DNA from: an uncultured archaeon
Lineage (GTDB): Archaea > Asgardarchaeota > Lokiarchaeia > Sigyniarchaeales > SOKP01
Assembly: GCA_964508365.1 (NCBI GenBank)
Contig: CAZDTP010000050.1
Span: 1-31,742 of the forward strand
DNA: 31,742 bases
Reading direction: 5' to 3'
A program made the translations under genes and the position numbers. Of the stretch, positions 18,355 to 26,185 are shown piece after piece. A model generated the notes under the pieces. The model had not been told where the DNA came from and made no database searches. It saw nothing but the letters and a program-made list of their open reading frames with translations. Positions within the stretch are counted from its first letter, which is position 1. Every line of letters starts with the position of its first letter.

Positions 18355-18849
18355 CTATTTATTTCTCGATTTTGCAATTGCTTCAGTGAAAAATCCAAAG
18401 TCTCGAATTTCTTTTTTATTATTTTCGCCATTAACTCGGTTAAAGTACTCAACAATTTGGTCGTATAAGATTTTTTTAAAAGATTCAAACTGAGAAACAT
18501 CGGTATAATCGCTGATCTCGTTTTGGTAAAGGTGATAAAACATGTCGAGTGCTTTTTCTGCTTCTTCCCTCATATCTTCTTTGACAAAATCTTTATCCAT
18601 TATCGCAATTAAAACTAGGTCAAATTTATTCACAATTATCATCTGGATCGACAAACCTTTAATTGTAATTTCCTCAATCTTTCCCAGGCTCTCCGAACCG
18701 AATAAGGACAACGCCCCTACAAACGATGAGAGCAACATAGGATTAATTTCAGAATCCAAAATGAGATCTAATAAATAAATACCAGTTTCCTTACAAATAA
18801 CGATTCCTTTTAAAAGTTTTGATACATCTGATTTTTGAGCTAAGTTGAT
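18355..18849 (-). CDS. Longin-like domain protein (start uncertain; frame open to 18855)
   Basis: LLKGIVICKETGIYLL-DL...INPMLLSSFVGALSLFG...IIVNKFDLVLIAIMD...ALDMFYHLY...FESFKKIL matches the beta-beta-alpha-beta-beta-beta-alpha-alpha longin pattern; the track's TTG start (18759) omits the first two strands. Confidence 0.6.
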   Translation of the reverse strand: MNLAQKSDVSKLLKGIVICKETGIYLLDLILDSEINPMLLSSFVGALSLFGSESLGKIEEITIKGLSIQMIIVNKFDLVLIAIMDKDFVKEDMREEAEKALDMFYHLYQNEISDYTDVSQFESFKKILYDQIVEYFNRVNGENNKKEIRDFGFFTEAIAKSRNK

Positions 18850-19090
18850 TTTAGATTACCTTTAACCTGTTATTATGAAGATTTTCAAATTCTCCAATTG
18901 AGTAATAAAATTAAATAGTTGTTCGTATAAATTCTTTTATAATTTATCAGACTATATATTATGGTAATATATACTCCCAGAATTCATAGGACTTTAAGGA
19001 CTTTTAACTTTTTGTCGGTTATAGCACATTATTAATTTTTTTTTACAGATAAAGACTTGATAATTTATAATCGTTAACTTTATCTTCTTA

Positions 19091-19104
19091 CGAATATTCA
19101 TTCA
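19091..19104. promoter_or_regulatory. Operator copy CGAATATTCATTCA
   Basis: 12/14 match to AGAATAATCATTCA; 32 bp before the NifX frame at 19137. Confidence 0.6.
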
Positions 19105-19136
19105 ATTAAATAATAATATAAGTAGAGCTGATATAA

Positions 19137-19520
19137 ATAAATAAAGTTATAGGAATTCCTTCCGATGGACCAGAACTATCCGATACAATATCAGATCATT
19201 TTGGTCATTGTAATTATTTCGTAGGAATCGAAATTGACGAAGGAAAAAACATAAAAAAGCTATTTTCTTTACAAAATAATGGGCATACAGGTTGTATGGA
19301 ACCAGTTAATAACATGAAAGAAAGAAAAATAACAGACATGATTGTAGGGGGAATAGGTGGGCGACCATACGCTGGGTTCACTCAATATAGAATTGGATTA
19401 TATAAAGGGGTAAAGGGAACTCTGTCTGAGAATATCCAACTATTTTTACAAGGTAATTTGCAATCCTTAAATGAACCCATATGTGCAGGTGGCGATAGCC
19501 CAAATCATGCCTACGATTAA
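19137..19520 (+). CDS. NifB/NifX-family protein (5' end at ATA; ORF track gives only its C-terminal half)
   Basis: Frame reads INKVIGIPSDGPELSDTISDHFGHCNYF...NNGHTGCMEPV...IVGGIGGRP...ICAGG; in-frame TAA at 19134; first canonical start is ATG 19296. Confidence 0.75.
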   Translation: MNKVIGIPSDGPELSDTISDHFGHCNYFVGIEIDEGKNIKKLFSLQNNGHTGCMEPVNNMKERKITDMIVGGIGGRPYAGFTQYRIGLYKGVKGTLSENIQLFLQGNLQSLNEPICAGGDSPNHAYD

Positions 19521-19548
19521 GAAATCAAAATAAAAAATTATAAAAAAA

Positions 19549-20421
19549 TTATTTTTCTAATTCTTCTCTTATTTTAGATACAGCTACTTTGAATGCCCTA
19601 GTACTTTCGCTTTCAGGGTATTTTAAAACAAACGGTAAACCCCGATCTCCCTGTTGACTAACTTCGATCTCAAAAGGAATTTGTCCTAAAAATTTAATAT
19701 TAAAATCTTTGGAAGCCTTTTCTGCGCCACCAGGAGGGTAAAGATCAATATATTCGCTACAGTGAGGGCATTTAAAACCGGACATATTTTCAATTATCCC
19801 CATGACATGTCTTTCCATTGTTTTTGCCATTACAATTGTCTTTCGAGCATCCATAAGCGCAACTTCTTGCGGTGTGGATACTACAATTACATTCTCGTCG
19901 GGGATAAGCTGTAAAATATCAAGAGTTTCGTCAGAAGTGCCAGGAGGTAAATCGCAGATTAGGTAATCAAGGTCTCCCCATTTTGCTTCTCCCAAAAATT
20001 GCCTTACAGCTGACATTTTCATTGGACCTCGCCAAATAACTGGAGTATCGCTATTTTCTATTAAAAAAGCCATACTAACGACTTTTGTATTTAAGGGCCC
20101 ATCAACGGGGTAAAACTTCTTTGCGTCTGGGTCAACTCGAGGTCTAACATTAGGGTCAATACCTAACATCTTATTTACATTCGGCCCCGTTATGTCTACA
20201 TCTAATATCCCTACGCGTAAACCTACACTTGCCAAGCTCATCGCTAGGTTTACTGCTACAGTTGTTTTACCAACACCGCCCTTCCCTGATATGATCACAA
20301 TCTTATGCTTTATTTTAGCCATATTATTATGAATATTCACCATTTGCTGGTCTAATAATTCTTGCTTGCCTTGGTTCACTGTTTCTTTTAAATCAATATC
20401 TGGTATTTCATCTTCTCCCAT
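19549..20421 (-). CDS. mrp: Mrp/ApbC/NBP35 Fe-S cluster carrier ATPase
   Basis: SGKGGVGKTT, WRGP, DLPPGTSD, ENMSGFKCPHC. Confidence 0.95.
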   Translation of the reverse strand: MGEDEIPDIDLKETVNQGKQELLDQQMVNIHNNMAKIKHKIVIISGKGGVGKTTVAVNLAMSLASVGLRVGILDVDITGPNVNKMLGIDPNVRPRVDPDAKKFYPVDGPLNTKVVSMAFLIENSDTPVIWRGPMKMSAVRQFLGEAKWGDLDYLICDLPPGTSDETLDILQLIPDENVIVVSTPQEVALMDARKTIVMAKTMERHVMGIIENMSGFKCPHCSEYIDLYPPGGAEKASKDFNIKFLGQIPFEIEVSQQGDRGLPFVLKYPESESTRAFKVAVSKIREELEK

Positions 20422-20598
20422 AATTCATTCACTTTTTCATTTGTTATTTACTATTATTTTCTTTAAGTTATGCTTATGATTTTAAAAATACAAATATCTC
20501 CTTTAATTTATCGTTAATATTCTGAAAAGGTTTACATACTTTCAATTATATTTCAGATTAATTTATCCAGTTATAATTATAAAATTAAAATCACTTTA

Positions 20599-20612
20599 TG
20601 AATAATTATTCT
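20599..20612. promoter_or_regulatory. Operator copy TGAATAATTATTCT in the divergent mrp/NifX spacer
   Basis: Perfect 12-bp palindrome GAATAATTATTC at 20600-20611. Confidence 0.65.
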
Positions 20613-20795
20613 TTATTTTTTAATTTTTCCCTCATATTATATAAGGAATTGGCATAGAAGAAATTTATAAAGAATCAGAAGATGGTTTTATAATAATCTT
20701 AAAATTTTTAGTTAATTATTCAAGTCTATAACCACATATTTGGTTAAATATAAATCAAATTAATATTAAGATTAGTATAGAGAGGTTATATTAAA

Positions 20796-21182
20796 ATGGA
20801 AATAGTAGCAGTACCGAGTTATAGGGAGGGAGGATTAAATGAAATAGTCCATCCCAAATTTGGAAGATGTGATAGTTTTACTTTCATTACTATAGATAAT
20901 AATGAAATTACGCAAGTTAAAGTAATTGAAAATTCTGCAGCTGATGAAACCCGAAGTGCCGCAACTCTAGCAGCTAAGATTGTTAGAAATAATGGCGCCG
21001 AAAAGCTGATTGTTAACAAATTGGGATTAAATGCTTCCATGGCACTAAATTCATTAAAGATTAAAACATTCCGCGCTCCTGATGGAAAAATATTAGTAAA
21101 AGATTTATTAGCCCTTTACTTGGATGGAAAAATAAAAATGGCCCCGTCAGAGGATCTTGTATTTGATAAATTTCTGGATTAA
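20796..21182 (+). CDS. NifB/NifX-family protein
   Basis: IVAVPS...VHPKFGRCDSF, LIVNKLGLNA. Confidence 0.85.
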   Translation: MEIVAVPSYREGGLNEIVHPKFGRCDSFTFITIDNNEITQVKVIENSAADETRSAATLAAKIVRNNGAEKLIVNKLGLNASMALNSLKIKTFRAPDGKILVKDLLALYLDGKIKMAPSEDLVFDKFLD

Positions 21183-21329
21183 ACGGTATTCCTTTGTGGA
21201 ATTTTTTTAATTGCTCGTTTTTTTGAAATCAGAACCCAATAAATTGCAATTTTAAGCAAACAAGCCGATAATTCTCCTTAATTTTAAGAAGAGGGATTAT
21301 AAGTTATTTGTTCTTTATAGTGATTATTT

Positions 21330-21343
21330 AGAATAATCATTCA
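21330..21343. promoter_or_regulatory. Operator copy AGAATAATCATTCA
   Basis: Identical to 11894-11907; lies downstream of TATA-like TTTATAG (21314-21320) and upstream of the NifX-MinD-MinD genes. Confidence 0.7.
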
Positions 21344-21403
21344 TTAATTATTTAAACAAACAAAAATTAGCTTACTCATACTTTAAAAGGTGATATATAA
21401 AAA

Positions 21404-21850
21404 ATGGTAATAATTGGTATTCCTACCTTTGGAAATAAAGGCTTGAATGAGGTTATTAATAATCGTTTTGGAAGGTGCAACAGCTTCACATTTGTTACAA
21501 TTGAGAATAACGAGATAGTAGAAGTTAAATCCGTTGCAAATGATGCGCAGGGTGCGATGGGTGGTGCGGGAATTCAAGCGGCTCAAATCATTGGTAATAA
21601 CGGAGCCACAGAGGTTATTGTAGGCAATTTAGGTCCTAACGCGATGAATTCTTTAAGCGCTTTAAATCTTAAAGTTTATCAATCACAGGGTGGAAGTTTA
21701 ACTGTGAAAGAATTAATAGATTTGCGTTTAAGTGGTAAATTGCAAGTGCTTACGTCTTCAAATGTTGGAGCTCACGCAGGTATGGGCGGTGGTATGGGCG
21801 GTGGCAGAGGCGGTGGTATGGGTGGTGGCGGTAGAGGAAGACAAATTTAA
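21404..21850 (+). CDS. NifB/NifX-family protein with Gly/Met/Arg-rich tail
   Basis: IIGIPT...NNRFGRCNSF, GGAGIQAAQ, IVGNLGPNA; SD-like GGTGA upstream. Confidence 0.9.
   Translation: MVIIGIPTFGNKGLNEVINNRFGRCNSFTFVTIENNEIVEVKSVANDAQGAMGGAGIQAAQIIGNNGATEVIVGNLGPNAMNSLSALNLKVYQSQGGSLTVKELIDLRLSGKLQVLTSSNVGAHAGMGGGMGGGRGGGMGGGGRGRQI
21779..21826 (+). repeat. 12-bp coding tandem repeat (4 units) encoding GMGG/GRGG
   Basis: GGTATGGGCGGT GGTATGGGCGGT GGCAGAGGCGGT GGTATGGGTGGT. Confidence 0.8.
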
Positions 21851-21900
21851 TTGAGTAAAATTAATTTGAATAGCTTAGTAAATAAAACGCAAGATTAAGA

Positions 21901-22818
21901 ATGCTCAAATCAAAAATTATTTGTGTTACAGGTGGCAAAGGCGGGACGGGGAAAACGCTGGTTGCCGTAAATTTGGCAATAATGTTTAAGAATCGAGGAT
22001 ATAAAGTACTTCTTATCGACGGAGATGTTGAGAACCCTAATACTTTTTTATTATTAAACGCAAAGCTTAAGAATAAAACAGAAGTTCATTATTTCCTACC
22101 TAAAATCATTGAAGATAAATGTACTAGGTGTGGGTTGTGTGCAGAAAATTGTGAAACACACGCACTCTTATACATAAAAAATTCTTATCCAATTCCGATG
22201 TCGACGGTCTGTTCAGGTTGCAAATTATGTTATAAGATTTGTCCGACTAACGCCATTGAACCCGACTTAAAAGTTATTGGATGGATTTACACAGCCTCCG
22301 CATTTAAAATTGATCTTTTTCTAGGCGAGTTGAAGCCATCCGAAGCGCGCTCAGCCGTAATTGTAAATAAATTGATTAAAAATTTAGAAGGAGTTATAAA
22401 AACAGAGCCAGAAAAATATGACATCGTTATATTGGATACAGCGCCTGGAGCTCATTGTGACGTAGAAGCATTAATTAATAGTGCTGATCTTGTCATACCA
22501 GTTACAGAACCCACGAGATTCGGAAAGCTTGATTTATTGAGAATCATAGAATTGATTGATTTATTGAAGAAAGAATACAAGACAATTGTGAATCGATCAT
22601 CGCTACTGGGTTATAAAGAGAAATTTCTATTAGAATTGGAAGAAAAAGGTATAGAAGTTTTAGGTGATATCCCCTTAGACGAAGATATTGTGAGATCATA
22701 TTGCCAAGGTATTCCTTTAATGGAAAAAAGCAGAAATTCTGATAAGAATGGGATGGGATATAAATCGTTTAACGAAATTTTTGAAAATCTAATGGAGTGG
22801 GGTGAATTTTCAAAGTGA
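21901..22818 (+). CDS. MinD-superfamily P-loop ATPase with inserted ferredoxin domain (COG1149)
   Basis: GGKGGTGKT, DGDVENPN, CTRCGLCAENC, CSGCKLCYKICP, VTEPT. Confidence 0.92.
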   Translation: MLKSKIICVTGGKGGTGKTLVAVNLAIMFKNRGYKVLLIDGDVENPNTFLLLNAKLKNKTEVHYFLPKIIEDKCTRCGLCAENCETHALLYIKNSYPIPMSTVCSGCKLCYKICPTNAIEPDLKVIGWIYTASAFKIDLFLGELKPSEARSAVIVNKLIKNLEGVIKTEPEKYDIVILDTAPGAHCDVEALINSADLVIPVTEPTRFGKLDLLRIIELIDLLKKEYKTIVNRSSLLGYKEKFLLELEEKGIEVLGDIPLDEDIVRSYCQGIPLMEKSRNSDKNGMGYKSFNEIFENLMEWGEFSK

Positions 22819-23738
22819 ATAGAAAGAAGATTGCCGTTATCTCTGGAAAAGGAGGAGTAGGAAAAACTTCACTCGTAGCTTCGCTAGCTAGTATAGCTCA
22901 TAAAGATCACGATGTTAATCTAATAGTATTAGACTGTGATGTCGATGCCCCTAATTTAGCCCTAATATTACCACCTAAGTCTAAGGAAGATATAATAACC
23001 CAAGACATGTATACTACAAAAAAAGCCACGTTCTTAGAGGAAAAATGCACACAATGCAAACAATGTTATAACGAGCATTTTTGTGAATTTAACGCGTTAA
23101 ATTGGGACGAAAATAATAATATTCCTGTTATCGACTATTTAGCGTGTGAGGGGTGTGGAGCGTGTAAAGTTTTATGCCCTGAAAGTGCTTTTGAAATTAA
23201 TCCTGTTAAAAGCGGAGAAATAATATCTTATGAAACCAGCAGCGAATTACCTTTAATTTATGGAAAAACTAAATTGGGAAGTACTACTTCTGGGTTATTG
23301 GTTTCAGAGGTTAAGGAACACACCCAAAATCTCGAAAAATATAATGATACTAATTTAATTCTAATTGATGGTCCACCAGGAATAGGTTGTCCCGTAATTG
23401 CTACAGTTTCAGGTTTAGACTATGTTGTTGCAATAACAGAGCCAACACCTTCAGGTTTGCACGATTTAAAACGAGCACTTGAAATGGTTAACCAGTTTAA
23501 CATACCTTTCGGGATCGTGATCAACAAAGCAGATTTAAAAAGCGCATCTCAGAAGCAATTAAACAGATATATTCAAAAATCGAGTCATGAAATTTTAGGC
23601 AGAATTAACTTCGACCTGTCCATTCCAGAAGCAATGTCATACGCAGAACCTGTTGTAGATTATGCCCCAGAATCAGTGTCCAGTCAGGCAATTAACAAAA
23701 TATACGCAAAATTAAAATCTATTCTCTTACAATTATAA
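22815..23738 (+). CDS. MinD-superfamily P-loop ATPase with inserted ferredoxin domain (COG1149), partner copy
   Basis: SGKGGVGKT, DCDVDAPN, CEGCGACKVLCP, DGPPGIGCP, TEPTPSGLHDL; GTGA overlap with the previous gene. Confidence 0.92.
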   Translation: MNRKKIAVISGKGGVGKTSLVASLASIAHKDHDVNLIVLDCDVDAPNLALILPPKSKEDIITQDMYTTKKATFLEEKCTQCKQCYNEHFCEFNALNWDENNNIPVIDYLACEGCGACKVLCPESAFEINPVKSGEIISYETSSELPLIYGKTKLGSTTSGLLVSEVKEHTQNLEKYNDTNLILIDGPPGIGCPVIATVSGLDYVVAITEPTPSGLHDLKRALEMVNQFNIPFGIVINKADLKSASQKQLNRYIQKSSHEILGRINFDLSIPEAMSYAEPVVDYAPESVSSQAINKIYAKLKSILLQL

Positions 23739-23778
23739 CAAATTAATAAAAAAAAAAAGAATTAAAATTATTATTTAA

Positions 23779-25173
23779 CTAAAACCCAAGTTCTTTGAGC
23801 TTTTTCTTATTTTCCATCCATATTTGTGGCGTAATAGGATAATACTTCCAATATATGAAAGTACATATCGCTAAAATTATAGCGGGTATGACGCTCATAT
23901 GAAGGCGTACCCCGAGCTTTGCTAATTCTGTTTGAACGGTTTGACCTTCTACGAATCCAGTGAGCATATGGACAATCGCAAAAGTTGCAATTTGAACTCC
24001 TCGAGACAACCTTGAGAAGAATGATTGAACCCCTATAGTCGCTCCTCTTATATCTGATTTGGTTATTATCATTCTTTCATCCATAACATCTGCTAAGTAT
24101 ATTGTCATTAACGCCCAGAAATTCCCCATCATAAATCCTAGAATTGTAATGTAAATTATAGAATCGATAAGCCCTACATAAAATGTGGTTAGTAAGGCTG
24201 CAAGGGTTAAAGTCACACCACCGATGACAGCGGTTTTTTTGTTATTTCTTATTTTCTTAGCAAGAAATATCCACACTATTGCACCTATTATTGCTCCTTG
24301 AAGGAAAAATGCAAAAAGGAGGATGGTATTACCTTCTGGATCGGGTCCACCTAACACAATTTGAACGGCGTAAGGAATTGAGGCAGTTAACGAACCAGTC
24401 ACGATTTGAAATCCAAAAAATAAGATAATATATATAACAAAGCTTTTTTGCTTCAAGGACGATTTAAGCGTGTTTACAAAACTTTCTCTTTCAACTTTAC
24501 TTACAAAGTATCTATCTTTGATTTCCTTGTTCTCATACATACCAGGAAGGAATAATATTGCCATCGTTGCGAGTATACCAACGCACAACCAAGCTAATGG
24601 GATATAAGTAATAGGATTTTTTAAAGTAATGATGAATGGAGGAATTATACTTGCAAAAGGAAGAGCTAAAATCGATAGAGGTGTGCCCCAACCTCTTGCT
24701 TTTCTACGTGCTGAATCAGTTCGAAATTTATCTGGGAAGAGTGCGTCAACATTAACGAAACATAGTGTCGTTATAGTATCAAATAAACAGGTCGTAAATA
24801 CGATCCATCCAAAAAGCACCCAAGGATTTGAAGTATCGTAAGTAGGTGGCATGAACAATAAAACAAACACAAAATTAGCAGGTAGGATTCCTATGACAAT
24901 CCACGGAAATCTTTTTCCAATCTTTTTTGTGAATTTGAAAATACGATCAGTTAAAAAGCCAACGAGAGGATCGTTAACAGCGTCCCATATTGTAAAAATT
25001 ATCATGGCAAAAGCGATATAACCCGCACTTAATCCCACTGCGACTTCATAAAAGAAGAATACATAAGAACCAAAAACAGACCAAGCAAACATGCTCCAAA
25101 AACCGGCAGTACTATACGAAAGAATGTTTAATACTGACGGTGTTTTATATGTTCTTTCCGTTTTTTCAGTCAT
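23779..25173 (-). CDS. MFS transporter, GPH/MelB-like
   Basis: WDAVNDPLVGFLTD, GKRFPWI, ADVMDE; about 12 TMs. Confidence 0.9.
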   Translation of the reverse strand: MTEKTERTYKTPSVLNILSYSTAGFWSMFAWSVFGSYVFFFYEVAVGLSAGYIAFAMIIFTIWDAVNDPLVGFLTDRIFKFTKKIGKRFPWIVIGILPANFVFVLLFMPPTYDTSNPWVLFGWIVFTTCLFDTITTLCFVNVDALFPDKFRTDSARRKARGWGTPLSILALPFASIIPPFIITLKNPITYIPLAWLCVGILATMAILFLPGMYENKEIKDRYFVSKVERESFVNTLKSSLKQKSFVIYIILFFGFQIVTGSLTASIPYAVQIVLGGPDPEGNTILLFAFFLQGAIIGAIVWIFLAKKIRNNKKTAVIGGVTLTLAALLTTFYVGLIDSIIYITILGFMMGNFWALMTIYLADVMDERMIITKSDIRGATIGVQSFFSRLSRGVQIATFAIVHMLTGFVEGQTVQTELAKLGVRLHMSVIPAIILAICTFIYWKYYPITPQIWMENKKKLKELGF

Positions 25174-25320
25174 TTTTATTTAACTCCTTATTTACTTATA
25201 ATTTTTCTTTTAAAATTTAAAGTTAAAATATATTATGAGGAATTTATATATAAAGATTTAAATCATTTTTTATCAAATTGAAGAAATAAAAAAAAGAATA
25301 ATTTTAATCTCAAAAGCATC

Positions 25321-26163
25321 TTAATAGATTTTCGGCTTTTCTGGGGGATTTCCTAACATTTCTGAGGTTAATTGTTGGAAGTTATCAAAATGCCCAGGTA
25401 GGGTTTTTTGAACAAAAAAGGCTTCAGATGCTTTTAAATCAACTTTACTTCCAATTGCTTCTGCCATCGAACGATAAAGTCTATTTGCGTATTTTGTAAG
25501 TTTCCTAAGTTCATCTGGAGAAACATTGGCAGGATCGATTTTTGGGGCGAATAAATTTGCAAGAAGTTCAAGAGTTGCTTCAAATTTTAAAGCGGCTTCT
25601 ATTTTTTTTTCTAAAGTTGAGCTAATATCAACAAAATAATTAGGTTTGTGACCTAGGAGCCCCATAAACCAAACTTCTGAACATTCATAGGGTTCTACAC
25701 CATTTTTAATTTGATCAGTATAGAGTAAAGGAAATGCGGCAAAAGCTGCTGCTTCAGCTGCCATCCGCCCCACTATTACATGATCCGGGTGAACCTCATA
25801 AGCAACCCAAGGATCAAAGGTTACCACGCGATCTGCTTTTAACTTCCTAACAAAATAAACGAGCTTCTCTCGTAACTCAGCACCATTAATAAATCCCGCA
25901 TCGGGGTAATCAAGGATTATGGTTTCTTTTACTCCAATCATTTCGTTAGCAGCCTTTAATTCTTTTTCCCGAGTAGCGGCAACTTGTTCTTTGGTTAAAT
26001 CTCGCCTTAAGGTTCCCACTTCACCGCTAGTACAACATAATGCATAAATATTATGGCCTTCTTCTGCCCATCTCGCTAGTGTCCCGGCACAAAATATAGA
26101 AAGATCGTCAGGGTGGGCAAATATCGCAACAATATTCAAATTTTTAGAATTTATAATAATCAC
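25321..26163 (-). CDS. PIG-L/LmbE-family deacetylase
   Basis: AIFAHPDD, TSGEVG, REKE, HPDH metal-binding motifs. Confidence 0.9.
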   Translation of the reverse strand: MIIINSKNLNIVAIFAHPDDLSIFCAGTLARWAEEGHNIYALCCTSGEVGTLRRDLTKEQVAATREKELKAANEMIGVKETIILDYPDAGFINGAELREKLVYFVRKLKADRVVTFDPWVAYEVHPDHVIVGRMAAEAAAFAAFPLLYTDQIKNGVEPYECSEVWFMGLLGHKPNYFVDISSTLEKKIEAALKFEATLELLANLFAPKIDPANVSPDELRKLTKYANRLYRSMAEAIGSKVDLKASEAFFVQKTLPGHFDNFQQLTSEMLGNPPEKPKIY

Positions 26164-26185
26164 CTTTCTTATTTATATTTTTAAC

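Noticed and set aside
11446-21850. NifB/NifX genes as evidence of nitrogen fixation
   Set aside because: No nifH, nifD, nifK, nifE or nifN in the window; NifX-like proteins are common in non-diazotrophic anaerobes.
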